In this document: positions 35,928 to 45,683 of the stretch, piece after piece
Numbering within the stretch: position 1 is the stretch's first letter
How the letters are laid out: each line of letters opens with the position of its first letter
NCBI GenBank assembly: GCA_041662585.1
Contig: JBAZSG010000005.1
Span: 68,181-132,180, forward strand
Source of the DNA: Patescibacteria group bacterium
GTDB taxonomy: Bacteria > Patescibacteriota > Patescibacteriia > UBA1558 > GWA2-36-10
Direction of reading: 5' to 3'
DNA length: 64,000 bases
The notes under the pieces: generated by a model
Database searches by the model: none
Told to the model about the DNA's origin: nothing
The model's input: only the letters and a program-made list of their open reading frames with translations
Translations under genes and position numbers: made by a program

Positions 35928-36530
35928 TTAGGGGGTTATTTTTTTTCTATTTTTTAATGCCGAAGTGAGTGTAATTTCATCGGTGTATTCAATATTGGCA
36001 CCCATTGGTATGCCTCTGGCTAGTTGGCTCACTATAACTGGATAATCTTGTAAAAATTTTGATAGATATATGGCAGTAGCTTCACCTTCCATACTTTGAT
36101 CAAGAGCTAGTATTATTTCATTGACATTATTATTTTTTACTCGACTGGCCAATTCTTTTATTTTTAATTTATCAGGGGTTATACCTTCCAGTGGGCTGAG
36201 CAGACCATTGAGTAAATGATAGACACCATTGAATTCACCAGTTTTTTCTACTGCTTCTACATCTTGATTGTTGGCTACTATACAAATAGTAGATTTATCT
36301 CTTTGGGGATTGGCACAAATACTACAGAGATCTTTTTCGGCTAGATTGTAACACTCTGGACAAAGATGGATGTTTTGATAAGCATTGGACAAAGCAATAG
36401 ACAAATCTTTTATATCTTCTTTTCTATGCATCAAATTAAAAACTAACCTGGCGGAAGTTTTTGGTCCAATACCAGGCAGTTTGTCAAATTCATCTATTAA
36501 TCTTTGTATGAAATCTGGTAGATGTTTCAT
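35928..36530 (-). CDS. recR: Recombination protein RecR
   Basis: HhH GIGPKTSARL, C4 zinc finger CPECYNLAEKDLCSIC, Toprim domain. Confidence 0.92.
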   Translation of the reverse strand: MKHLPDFIQRLIDEFDKLPGIGPKTSARLVFNLMHRKEDIKDLSIALSNAYQNIHLCPECYNLAEKDLCSICANPQRDKSTICIVANNQDVEAVEKTGEFNGVYHLLNGLLSPLEGITPDKLKIKELASRVKNNNVNEIILALDQSMEGEATAIYLSKFLQDYPVIVSQLARGIPMGANIEYTDEITLTSALKNRKKITP

Positions 36531-36554
36531 TCCATTAAAATTTAATATTGAGTT

Positions 36555-36845
36555 TTATTTTAATAGATTATCTAGACCACCCATTTCTTGCATTTTCATC
36601 GCCATTTTACGTTGTACTTTTTTGATAGCTTCAGCAATGGCATTTTTTATTTCGTTTTCTAAGTCTTTCTTTTTATCTTTGGCCAAGAAGTCTTCAGTGA
36701 TATCTAGGCTTTTTATTTCTTGGTTTCCGTCCATTACTATTTTGACAGCTCGATTGCTGACCTCAATAGTTTCGCCAGACATTACATTTTTGATAGTACT
36801 AGCTTGTTTTCGAAGGTCATTGTATTGTTTTAATTTGTTGAACAT
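36555..36845 (-). CDS. ybaB: Nucleoid-associated protein YbaB/EbfC
   Basis: MFNKLKQYNDLRKQAS..MKMQEMGGL. Start at the internal ATG; the track start at 36920 would overlap dnaB. Confidence 0.85.
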   Translation of the reverse strand: MFNKLKQYNDLRKQASTIKNVMSGETIEVSNRAVKIVMDGNQEIKSLDITEDFLAKDKKKDLENEIKNAIAEAIKKVQRKMAMKMQEMGGLDNLLK

Positions 36846-36867
36846 ATTTGTTTTTAGGTTAATTATT

Positions 36868-38298
36868 TTAAGGTATATTTTGCCAACCAATTTCAGATTG
36901 AGGGGTATTATTATTTTCACTACTTTCTTCTGGTGGAGGGAGTATATTTTGATAGTTTTTATCTAGATTTTTAAAAGATACTTTGTTTTCATCAAAAAAT
37001 AATCTAAAAATACCAGTTGGACCATTTCTATGTTTATCAATGTGTATTTCAGCTATATTTTTTTCTTCATCAGGACATTCGCGTGATTTGTCTTTGGCTT
37101 TTCTATAGATAAACATTACAATATCAGCATCTTGTTCAATAGATCCAGATTCACGAAGATCAGCCAATTTTGGGATGGCTGGAGAACGAGATTCTACAGC
37201 ACGAGAAAGCTGAGACAGGGCTAGAACAGGGATATCTAGCTCACGAGCAATCTGTTTAAGAGCACGAGAGATTTTGGATATTTCTTGAACTCTGTTTTCA
37301 GAATTGCCACTACTATCGCCATCCATAAGTTGCAAATAATCAACTACCAAAAAACCAAGATTGTGTTCCATTTTTAGACGGCGTGCTTTGGTACGGATTT
37401 CCATTACATTGGCATTGGCACTATCATCAATAAATATTGGAGCTTCTGACAATACACCCATAGCTCTGCCAATACGAGGGAAATCATCATCTTCTTCTCT
37501 ATCAGAAAGCTTACCAGTTCTCATTTTCCAAAGATCTACTTCAGCCTCAGAGGCTAGTAATCTATCTACCAATTGTTCTTTACTCATTTCTAGAGAAAAT
37601 ATACCAACTGGTATATTGGCTTTAACGGCAATGTTTCTAGCAATATCTAAGGCAAAGGTTGTTTTTCCCAGAGATGGACGAGCCGCCAAGATTATCAGAT
37701 CTGAATTTTGAAAACCGGATAGTCTGTTATCCAAATCCGTAAAACCACTAGGAATACCACGTGTACCATGACCACCTGATTTGTGCAATTCATCTATACG
37801 ATTGAAAGTTTCAGTTAAAACATTTTTGATGGGTATAAAATTTTTCTTGAGAGATTCTTGAGAAATAGCAAACAGCTTTTGTTCTGCTTTATCTAACAAA
37901 CTACTTACATCTTGATCTTCAGAAAAACTAAACTCAGATATTTCACTGGCAGCTTGCTCTAATCTTCGTAAAGTTGCTTTTTTGTGAATAATATCAGCAT
38001 AAGATACAGCATGAGATGAATTTGGCACTGAAGCAGTCAGTTCGGCCAGATAGGCCTTACCACCGACGATGTCTAATTGTTTTTTTTCGGCCAGTCTGTT
38101 ACCAACAGACAAAATATCAGCTGGATCATGTTTTTCAAATAAATCTAAGATAGCTTGGTATATCAAGCCATTTGATTCTTTATAAAAATCACCTGGACGC
38201 AAAACATCACCAACTTTGATAATAATTTCTTTATCCAGTAGTAGAGCTCCCAAAAGTGAGCTTTCTGCTTCCAAATTTTGCGGAGGTATTTTACTCAT
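36868..38298 (-). CDS. dnaB: Replicative DNA helicase
   Basis: Walker A ARPSLGKTTFAL; DnaB N-terminal domain; 476 aa, no intein. Confidence 0.93.
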   Translation of the reverse strand: MSKIPPQNLEAESSLLGALLLDKEIIIKVGDVLRPGDFYKESNGLIYQAILDLFEKHDPADILSVGNRLAEKKQLDIVGGKAYLAELTASVPNSSHAVSYADIIHKKATLRRLEQAASEISEFSFSEDQDVSSLLDKAEQKLFAISQESLKKNFIPIKNVLTETFNRIDELHKSGGHGTRGIPSGFTDLDNRLSGFQNSDLIILAARPSLGKTTFALDIARNIAVKANIPVGIFSLEMSKEQLVDRLLASEAEVDLWKMRTGKLSDREEDDDFPRIGRAMGVLSEAPIFIDDSANANVMEIRTKARRLKMEHNLGFLVVDYLQLMDGDSSGNSENRVQEISKISRALKQIARELDIPVLALSQLSRAVESRSPAIPKLADLRESGSIEQDADIVMFIYRKAKDKSRECPDEEKNIAEIHIDKHRNGPTGIFRLFFDENKVSFKNLDKNYQNILPPPEESSENNNTPQSEIGWQNIP

Positions 38299-38481
38299 GC
38301 CTGTATTGCCTTGAGTTTATTAATGTGTAGAATTAGCTTAACCTATTTAGCCTTATTTTTCAAGCTGTTTTATAGACAGCTTATACCCACTTCGATAAAC
38401 TCAGTGCAGGCAAATAAAAAATAGCCCAAGGGCTAATTGTATTAATGGCGAAGCCACGTGATGAGCGCAGCGAATTTTACG

Positions 38482-38558
38482 TGGTGCGCCCAGAGGGATT
38501 CGAACCCCCGACCGTTTGCTTAAAAGGCAACTGCTCTACCAGGCTGAGCTATAGGCGC
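38482..38558 (-). tRNA. tRNA-Lys (anticodon TTT)
   Basis: Reverse complement GCGCCTATAGCTCAGCCTGGTAGAGCAGTTGCCTTTTAAGCAAACGGTCGGGGGTTCGAATCCCTCTGGGCGCACCA; anticodon loop CTTTTAA. Confidence 0.85.
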
Positions 38559-38633
38559 TTAGTTAAAATGTAAAATACGGAGATTAGTATATATATTTTT
38601 GTCTATATTGTCAATATAAGCAAATGTTTTATT

Positions 38634-38700
38634 TGCGAATATCCTGCATTAGATGCGAATTTGCGGAGCAACGGAGCAATCTATGTAGGATGTGAGCAAA
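38634..38700 (+). ncRNA. Structured intergenic repeat element, copy 2 (family II)
   Basis: Stem TCCTGCAT / ATGTAGGA (one G-U; T-A replaced by C-G relative to copy 1) around the conserved core AGATGCGAATTTGCGGAGCAACGGAGCAATC. Confidence 0.55.
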
Positions 38701-38712
38701 AATTAAAGCTTA

Positions 38713-40533
38713 TTACATCACATCTGGAGCTTCAATGCCCAACAAAGCCAAACCATCTTTTAATACTTTTTTTGTAAGTTGAGAAATATTTAGTCTGATT
38801 TGTTTTGTATTTTCATCATCAGCCTTTAAAACACTATGTTGTTGGTAAAAATTATTGTATGTTTTGGCCACATCAAATAAGTATTGAGTCACCAGAGATG
38901 GATTTTGATTGCTAGCTGAATTTTTAATAGTATCTGGAAAAGCTAATAATAATTTAACTAGTTTTTTTTCTTCTTTATTAAAATTGAAGTTTTCTATTTT
39001 AGAGATGTCATTTATTTTGGTAGCCTTTTTTAGCATATTGGATATTCGGGCGTGAGTATATTGTATAAAAGTGCCAGTATAGCCATCAAAAGAAATAGAT
39101 TCAGCTGGTTTGAAAATTATATTTTTTTGAGGATTGGTAGAGAGCATAAAAAATTTAAGAGCTCCAATACCAACAATGCTAGCAATATCTTTGTCTTTCG
39201 CCAAGGCTTTGGACGACACGTCTTTTTGTTTAGTAGAATTATTTATTATTTCTTTGGCTTGATCGATCATAGTAGCTATCAATGCATCAGCATCAGCTGT
39301 TTTTCCTTCACGTGATTTTATTTTTCCACCCGGTAAAGAAATCATACCATATGATAAATGGTAGAGATTTTTGGCCCAGGCATAGCCTAGTTTTTTCAAA
39401 ATTAAAAATAATACTTTAAAATGATATTCTTGTTCATTGCCAACTACATAAATAGCTTGGTCAAATTTAAATTTTTTGTATCTTCTTTTGGCAGTCCCTA
39501 GATCTTGGGTTATATATACTGAAGTACCATCAGAACGGAGAACTAGTTTTTCATCTAGGCCATCACTACTTAGATCTATCCAGACGGAGCCATCTTCTTT
39601 TTTAAAGAAGACTTTTTTCTTTAGACCTTCGGCCACTATATCTTTACCTAGTAGATAAGTATCTGATTCAAAATCTAAATGATCAAATTCAATACCTAAA
39701 TCATGATATGTTTTGTCATAGCCTGTATAGACCCAATCATTCATAGTTTTCCAAAGTTGTTTTATTTGTGGATCATTGTCTTCCCAAGCTAGGAGTATAG
39801 CTCTAGCTTTGTTCATCCACTTGGATTGAGCCAAAAATTCTTCTTCGGCTTTTTTTCTAGTTAGATTATCTAGATTTTCAAGTTTTATATTTTTTGAAGC
39901 ATAATATTTTTCAGCTTCTTCTTTGAGTACTTGTCCAAATTTTACATAATATTTTCCTACTAGATGATCGCCCTTGATGCCAGATGAGCTGGGTGTTTCT
40001 CCATTGGCAAACTCTTGCCAAGCTAGCATGCTTTTTACAATATGAATACCACGATCGTTTATAATATTTACAGCAGTAGTTTTATGACCACTGGCTTTGA
40101 AAATATTTACCAATGCCTGACCAATACAATCGTTTCGGACATGTCCAACATGTTGAGGTTTGTTGGTATTTGGTCCGGAAAATTCAATCAATACTTTTTT
40201 GTTTTGACCATATTTGCTTTGACCAAATTTTTTGTTTTTTGATATTTCAGCAATAGCCTCTTTGATAAAATCATTATTAACAAAAATATTTAAATATGGT
40301 CCAAAGTTTTTTACTTTTCCTATGTATTGATTGGTTTTGTATTTATCAGATAATTCCTTGGCAATACTAGCTGGAGTTTTATTTAGCTTTTTGGCCAAAG
40401 CAAAACAAGGAAAAGCATAATCTCCTAGCTCTTCTTGAGGGGGAATATCTAAATCAAAATCATCTATATTTTCTTGGTAAATAGAGTTTAGATTGAATTT
40501 TATATTTTGTTTGATTTCATTGATTATATCCAT
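38713..40533 (-). CDS. argS: Arginine--tRNA ligase
   Basis: HIGH-type motif PQHVGHVRN; DALR anticodon-binding C-terminus; 606 aa. Confidence 0.9.
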   Translation of the reverse strand: MDIINEIKQNIKFNLNSIYQENIDDFDLDIPPQEELGDYAFPCFALAKKLNKTPASIAKELSDKYKTNQYIGKVKNFGPYLNIFVNNDFIKEAIAEISKNKKFGQSKYGQNKKVLIEFSGPNTNKPQHVGHVRNDCIGQALVNIFKASGHKTTAVNIINDRGIHIVKSMLAWQEFANGETPSSSGIKGDHLVGKYYVKFGQVLKEEAEKYYASKNIKLENLDNLTRKKAEEEFLAQSKWMNKARAILLAWEDNDPQIKQLWKTMNDWVYTGYDKTYHDLGIEFDHLDFESDTYLLGKDIVAEGLKKKVFFKKEDGSVWIDLSSDGLDEKLVLRSDGTSVYITQDLGTAKRRYKKFKFDQAIYVVGNEQEYHFKVLFLILKKLGYAWAKNLYHLSYGMISLPGGKIKSREGKTADADALIATMIDQAKEIINNSTKQKDVSSKALAKDKDIASIVGIGALKFFMLSTNPQKNIIFKPAESISFDGYTGTFIQYTHARISNMLKKATKINDISKIENFNFNKEEKKLVKLLLAFPDTIKNSASNQNPSLVTQYLFDVAKTYNNFYQQHSVLKADDENTKQIRLNISQLTKKVLKDGLALLGIEAPDVM

Positions 40534-40605
40534 AGGCTTAATTTTACCCTAATTTCAATAAAATTCAAGCTTAAAAGTTTATTTTTTTTATGTTATAATA
40601 TAAAC

Positions 40606-43272
40606 ATGGAAAAAAAAGAAATTGCCTGGCATAATCTGAGTTTAACAAGTATTTTCAAGACCATAAATTCCTCAAAAGATGGACTTGATAGATCAGAAGC
40701 TCATAAAAGGCGAGACAAATTTGGATTAAATGTATTGGCTGAGGCAGCTAAGTTTTCTTTGTTTAAATTATTTTTTTCTCAATTTAAGAGTGCTTTAGTT
40801 TATGTTTTGATTATTGCTAGTGTTATTTCTTTATTTTTTGGTGAATATGTTGATGCTTATGTGATTATGGCGGCAGTTATGATCAATGTTGTTGTTGGTT
40901 TTATTCAAGAATTTAAGGCTAACAAGTCTTTAGAAAAATTAAATAAAATAGTCAAACAAGAAATTATAGTTTTTAGGGATGGTGTAGAAAAAAAAATAGA
41001 ATCAAAATATCTGGTACCAGGAGATATCATAATACTTTCAGCCGGTAATCGAGTGCCAGCTGATATGCGCTTTATAGAAGTAAATAATCTAGAGATAAAC
41101 GAAGCTACACTTACTGGTGAATCTTGGCCAGTTAAAAAAACTTTGGATATTTTACCAGTAGGCACTATTTTGGCTGAGCGTAGCAATATGGCTTTTATGG
41201 GTACTTTGGTAGTAGAAGGCAGAGCCAAGGCAATGGTAGTTGAGACAGGTTTTGCTACTCAAATGGGCAAGATAACTGTGATGCTCAAAGATACCCAAGA
41301 TGAAAAAACTCCTTTACAACAAAAATTAGACAGCTTTGCTAAAAATATCACCAAGTTAGTTGCCATAATTTCAATGGGGCTTTTTGTATTTGGGATTTCT
41401 AAAGGACAAAATTGGGTAGAAATGTTTACAGTAGCAGTGGCAGTAGCAGTCTCAGCTATTCCCGAAGGTTTGGTGATAAGTATGACAATGATTTTGACTG
41501 TTGGTATGCAGAGAATATTGAAACATAATGGTTTGGTGAGACGCTTGGTTTCAGCTGAAACACTAGGCTCTACTACAGTAATTTGTACAGACAAAACTGG
41601 TACACTGACAGAGGGAGAGATGAGGGTCACTAGCATTGTTACCAATAAAATTAAAATTGATTTAGCAACTGGGTCGTTACGTGATTTGAAAACAAACAAA
41701 GAATTTGATTTGATGACTCAGATTGCCTTTTTTTGTAATGACGCTATAGTTCAAAATCCAGAAGCTTCAGGAGAGGATTGGGTGGTGTTGGGTTCTCCTA
41801 CTGAAAAAGCTTTGATGATTTTTGGAGCCAATGATCAATCACTCAAAGATGATAGAAAAAAAATGGAGCGTATTGGAGAGCTTCCTTTTGATCATCAGAG
41901 CAAGTTTATGGTGACTAGGCATAGCTATGATTCCAAAAACGATATTATTTTTATAAAAGGAGCGCCAGAAAGGATTTTGGAATATTCGGATAGTTATTTA
42001 CAAGACAATAAAGCTGTTAAAATCAATGCCTCTAAAAAACAATATTTTGATGAACAATGGCAGACTCTTAGTAAAGGTGGTTTGAGAGTTTTGGCTGGAG
42101 GATATAAATTGATACCCAAAGATTATGATTTGGAAAATTGCAAAGATAATCCACATGCTTTTGTTTTTGTGGGTATTTGGGGATTATCTGATCCACTTCG
42201 TAAAGATGCTAAAAAGAGTTTAGAAGAGACATTAAGGGCTGGTATCAATACAGTTATTATCACGGGAGACAATAAATTTACCGCTAGGAGCATTGCTAAA
42301 GACCTGGGCTTATCTTTTGATGATCATACTATAATAACTGGAGATGAGCTTTTAAAAATGACTGACGATGAGTTGTCTAAGAGAGTTCGAGATATCAAAA
42401 TTTATGCTCGAGTTACACCAAGTGATAAATTAAGAATAATTAAAGCTTGGCAAAGTAAGAGCGAGGTAGTATCTATGACAGGAGATGGAGTAAATGATGC
42501 TCCAGCTTTGAAAGCTGCAGATATTGGAGTAGCGGTATCTAGTGGTTCTGATGTAGCCAAAGAAACAGCTGATCTGGTGTTGTTGGACAATAACTTTAGC
42601 ACCATAGTCATGGCTATTAAACAGGGTCGAGTTATATTTGCCAATTTAAAAAGAGTTATTTTATATTTATTATCTGATAGTTTTTCAGAGATAATTATAG
42701 TATCTGGAGGTTTAATATTACAAATTCCTTTACCTATTCTGGCTGTTCAAATATTGTGGGTTAATTTAATAGACGATGGTTTTCCGGCTCTGGCTTTAAC
42801 TATGGAACCAGAAGATGATAATATAATGAACAAAAAATCTAGAAAGATTAAAAATCTATTGGATTTTGAAGACAAGTTTATGATAGCTATAGTTAGTATC
42901 ATGACTGGTTTGAGTAGCTTGTGGTTGTTTTGGTATTTTTATAACACCACAGGCGATGAAGCTTTGGCTCGTACTGTAACATTTACCTCTCTGGCCATTA
43001 TTACTTTGGTTTATGTTTTTAGTATTAAGGCTTTGGATAAAAATATATTTCAATCAAAACCTTTTCGAAATAAATATTTAAATGGCGCTGTGTTATTGGG
43101 TTTTTTGATGCAGTTGACCGCAGTTTATGTACCATTTTTCAATAAATTTTTACGCACCAAGCCTTTGGGTTGGAAGGAATGGGAAATCATTATTGTTGTT
43201 ATTATAGTCGTATGTGTACTAATCGAGCTTATTAAAGGAGCTTTTATATATTTTCAAAAGAATAATAAATAA
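40606..43272 (+). CDS. Cation-transporting P-type ATPase (type II, Ca2+/Mg2+-like)
   Basis: DKTGTLT phosphorylation site, TGDN, GDGVNDAPAL; cation-ATPase N-terminal domain. Start at the internal ATG 40606, preceded by TATAAT at 40594. Confidence 0.9.
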   Translation: MEKKEIAWHNLSLTSIFKTINSSKDGLDRSEAHKRRDKFGLNVLAEAAKFSLFKLFFSQFKSALVYVLIIASVISLFFGEYVDAYVIMAAVMINVVVGFIQEFKANKSLEKLNKIVKQEIIVFRDGVEKKIESKYLVPGDIIILSAGNRVPADMRFIEVNNLEINEATLTGESWPVKKTLDILPVGTILAERSNMAFMGTLVVEGRAKAMVVETGFATQMGKITVMLKDTQDEKTPLQQKLDSFAKNITKLVAIISMGLFVFGISKGQNWVEMFTVAVAVAVSAIPEGLVISMTMILTVGMQRILKHNGLVRRLVSAETLGSTTVICTDKTGTLTEGEMRVTSIVTNKIKIDLATGSLRDLKTNKEFDLMTQIAFFCNDAIVQNPEASGEDWVVLGSPTEKALMIFGANDQSLKDDRKKMERIGELPFDHQSKFMVTRHSYDSKNDIIFIKGAPERILEYSDSYLQDNKAVKINASKKQYFDEQWQTLSKGGLRVLAGGYKLIPKDYDLENCKDNPHAFVFVGIWGLSDPLRKDAKKSLEETLRAGINTVIITGDNKFTARSIAKDLGLSFDDHTIITGDELLKMTDDELSKRVRDIKIYARVTPSDKLRIIKAWQSKSEVVSMTGDGVNDAPALKAADIGVAVSSGSDVAKETADLVLLDNNFSTIVMAIKQGRVIFANLKRVILYLLSDSFSEIIIVSGGLILQIPLPILAVQILWVNLIDDGFPALALTMEPEDDNIMNKKSRKIKNLLDFEDKFMIAIVSIMTGLSSLWLFWYFYNTTGDEALARTVTFTSLAIITLVYVFSIKALDKNIFQSKPFRNKYLNGAVLLGFLMQLTAVYVPFFNKFLRTKPLGWKEWEIIIVVIIVVCVLIELIKGAFIYFQKNNK

Positions 43273-43274
43273 TT

Positions 43275-44063
43275 ATGGAAAAGTTTTTTATCAAGAATCG
43301 GTTTAGTCAAAATATCTCGGTTATTTTAGAAGATAATAATAATCCACAAGGACTGGTTTTTATCATGCATGGTTTGGGAGCATCCAAAGACGAATGCTAT
43401 ATGGAAAGATTTGCCAAAGCTTTTCGAGAGAAAAATTTTATTGTGGTGCGTTTTGATAATCGGCACAGCATTGGTGAGAGTGAGGGAAATTATTATGATG
43501 TCAATTTTTCCAATACCTATGAAGATTTGGAAGATGTCATTGCTTGGGCCAAAAAAGAAAAATGGTATAAAGAGCCTTTTGTTTTGGTCGGACATAGTTT
43601 GGGAGCTGGTTGTATCTTGTGGTACAGTGCCAATCATCCCAATGAAGTAGCTGGTCTAGTGCCATTATCAACAGCTATTAGTGGCCAGCAGGCCTTGATG
43701 AGATTTAGAAAATCGGATTTAAGTTTGCCAGCTAAGATGCGACAAGCTTCGCTTAGTTTTAAAGTAATCAAAACATTAAAATGGCGTCAATTTAGGGATG
43801 ATATTTTAAAATACAATATTATTCCTGAAGCGCCAAAATTTGTTATGCCGTTTTTGATGATGGTTGGTGATGAAGATATCAATACGCCACTAGAAGATCA
43901 AAGACAGCTTTATGATTTGGTACCAGAACCAAAAGAAATCCATATTATTAAAGGTGCTGGACATACATTTCGATCGGCTAGTCACTTGGATCAAGCTGAA
44001 GAGATATTGAAAAAATGGATTGATAATACAATTTTGTCCACCAAAGGTGGAGTAAACAAATAA
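43275..44063 (+). CDS. Alpha/beta hydrolase
   Basis: GHSLGAG nucleophile elbow (GxSxG) and catalytic His near the C-terminus. Confidence 0.75.
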   Translation: MEKFFIKNRFSQNISVILEDNNNPQGLVFIMHGLGASKDECYMERFAKAFREKNFIVVRFDNRHSIGESEGNYYDVNFSNTYEDLEDVIAWAKKEKWYKEPFVLVGHSLGAGCILWYSANHPNEVAGLVPLSTAISGQQALMRFRKSDLSLPAKMRQASLSFKVIKTLKWRQFRDDILKYNIIPEAPKFVMPFLMMVGDEDINTPLEDQRQLYDLVPEPKEIHIIKGAGHTFRSASHLDQAEEILKKWIDNTILSTKGGVNK

Positions 44064-44068
44064 AAGAA

Positions 44069-44110
44069 TACACCACCCATTATAGTTGCTAGGGTGGTGT
44101 AGTATTGTTT
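44069..44110 (+). terminator. Terminator-like hairpin after the hydrolase gene
   Basis: 10-bp stem TACACCACCC .. GGGTGGTGTA with a 13-nt loop; weak T-run. Confidence 0.45.
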
Positions 44111-44351
44111 GGGACTATTGAAGCCCCTATTTGTCGTGCCAGCTCTCTCTGTTGCAGGGGCTGGGCTCTTTTCTTTCGGGGTGCTTGATGTCTTTGTTGT
44201 CTTTGGACGTGTTGTCTTTGGACATGATGATGTCTCCAATCTCTGATTTTAGGGGTTTATAGAAAAAAAGATTTTTGACTATATTTTTGGAAAGATCAGG
44301 ACTTAAATTTACTGAGATCATAATATTTTTTTATTAAATAGTCAATGCCAA

Positions 44352-44380
44352 ATTGACAAAATAGCAATAAATTGCTAGTA
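44352..44380 (+). promoter_or_regulatory. Sigma70-type promoter (TTGACA-17-TAGTAT) upstream of tRNA-Asn and the cysK leader
   Basis: ATTGACAAAATAGCAATAAATTGCTAGTAT; possible start of a tRNA-Asn / leader / cysK transcript. Confidence 0.4.
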
Positions 44381-44519
44381 TATAAATACTATGAAATATA
44401 TTAAAGTTAACAATTGTTTAAATAATAATAACGGATTTATCAGCCGAGGATTTTTTATATAATATAAAATTACATTTTTAGAGAGTTATCGGCTATACAA
44501 ATAGTCGATTTTTTAATAT

Positions 44520-44594
44520 TCCGGGGTAGTTGAGTGGTACAACGCTACGCTGTTAACGTAGATATCGCAGGTTCGATCCCTGCCCCCGGAGCCA
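44520..44594 (+). tRNA. tRNA-Asn (anticodon GTT)
   Basis: TCCGGGG acceptor, anticodon arm CTACG-CTGTTAA-CGTAG, T-arm GCAGG-TTCGATC-CCTGC, encoded CCA. Confidence 0.85.
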
Positions 44595-44612
44595 AAAATA
44601 GTAATTATTAAT

Positions 44613-44690
44613 ATGACAAAATATATAATAAAAAATTTGACTTTTTGTTGCAAAGGACAAAATCCGAGAGCATTTTTTTGGTGTTGTTGA
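44613..44690 (+). CDS. Cys-codon-rich leader peptide (MTKYIIKNLTFCCKGQNPRAFFWCC)
   Basis: 25 codons, 4 Cys, as tandem TGT TGC (44646-51) and TGT TGT (44682-87) immediately before the TGA stop. Directly upstream of the attenuator hairpins and cysK. Confidence 0.5.
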   Translation: MTKYIIKNLTFCCKGQNPRAFFWCC

Positions 44691-44737
44691 AATATACATA
44701 AATATCAATCTCAGCTCTCGGGAAACCGAGATTTTTT
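44664..44737 (+). promoter_or_regulatory. Transcription attenuator: alternative antiterminator (44664-71 with 44714-21) versus terminator (44716-31 plus U-run)
   Basis: CCGAGAGC (44664-71) is complementary to GCTCTCGG (44714-21). The latter overlaps the 5' arm of the terminator TCTCGG-GAAA-CCGAGA followed by TTTTTTATT. Confidence 0.5.
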
Positions 44738-44756
44738 ATTATTAATAATTATAAAT

Positions 44757-45647
44757 ATGATTTATCAAAATATATTAGCTACAATTGGCAATACACCATT
44801 GGTAAAAATAAATAAGCTGAATAAAAATAAAAAAGTTAACATATATATTAAATTAGAAGGACAAAATCCTGGTGGCTCGATTAAAGATAGAATAGCCATA
44901 GCAATGGTTGAAGCCGCAGAAAAAACTGGTGAATTAACCAAAGATAAAACAATAATTGAAGCAACTTCTGGTAATACGGGTATTGGACTAGCTATGGTGG
45001 CTGCTTTTAAAGGTTATAGAGCTACATTTATTATGTCTGAGGCTATGAGTGAAGAAAGAAAAAAAATAATTGAATCTTTTGGGGCAAAAATTATATTTAC
45101 ATCTAAAAATGGAGGCACAGATGGTGCTATAGTCAAAGCACAGGAAATATTGAAAGCTGAGCCTGAAAAATATTGGATGCCCAATCAATTTGTTAATATG
45201 GAGAATCCCAAAGCGCATTATCAGACAACAGCCGAAGAGATATTAAGAGATATGCCAACCATCACTCATTTTATTGTTGGTATAGGTACATCTGGTACTA
45301 TGACTGGTGTTGCTAGACGTTTGCGTGAATATAATCCAAAGATTAAAATAATTGCCGTTGAGCCATTACCTGGACATAAAGTTCAGGGATTAAAAAATAT
45401 GAAGGAGGCTATAGTACCTAAAATATATAATCCTAAGAATTATGATGAAAAAATTAGTGTTGAAGATCAGGTTGTTTACAAAACGGTAAAAAAAATGGTA
45501 AAAAAGGAAGGAATTTTTGTTGGTATGAGTTCTGGAGCGGCTATTTATGTAGCTCTTAAAATGGCAGAAAAATTAAAATTTGGCGATTTGGTAGCCATTG
45601 CTCCAGATAGGGGAGATAAATATATAAGTACCAATTTATTTAATTAA
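44757..45647 (+). CDS. cysK: Cysteine synthase (O-acetylserine sulfhydrylase)
   Basis: PLP-lysine motif GGSIKDRIA; glycine-rich ATSGNTGIGLAMV; SGAA PLP phosphate loop; 296 aa. Confidence 0.85.
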   Translation: MIYQNILATIGNTPLVKINKLNKNKKVNIYIKLEGQNPGGSIKDRIAIAMVEAAEKTGELTKDKTIIEATSGNTGIGLAMVAAFKGYRATFIMSEAMSEERKKIIESFGAKIIFTSKNGGTDGAIVKAQEILKAEPEKYWMPNQFVNMENPKAHYQTTAEEILRDMPTITHFIVGIGTSGTMTGVARRLREYNPKIKIIAVEPLPGHKVQGLKNMKEAIVPKIYNPKNYDEKISVEDQVVYKTVKKMVKKEGIFVGMSSGAAIYVALKMAEKLKFGDLVAIAPDRGDKYISTNLFN

Positions 45648-45683
45648 TTTAAACATTAGATTTGTGCTATAATTAATCAATCT

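Noticed and set aside
36385-36966. 193-aa plus-strand ORF overlapping recR, ybaB and the dnaB 3' end.
   Set aside because: It lies entirely antisense to three conserved genes; the low-complexity translation is a frame artefact.
44613-44690. Leader peptide dismissed for lack of a Shine-Dalgarno sequence.
   Set aside because: Not dismissed. Most bona fide genes in this window (pgk, eno, mraZ, murF, rplJ) also lack SD motifs, so SD absence is the genome norm and not evidence against translation.
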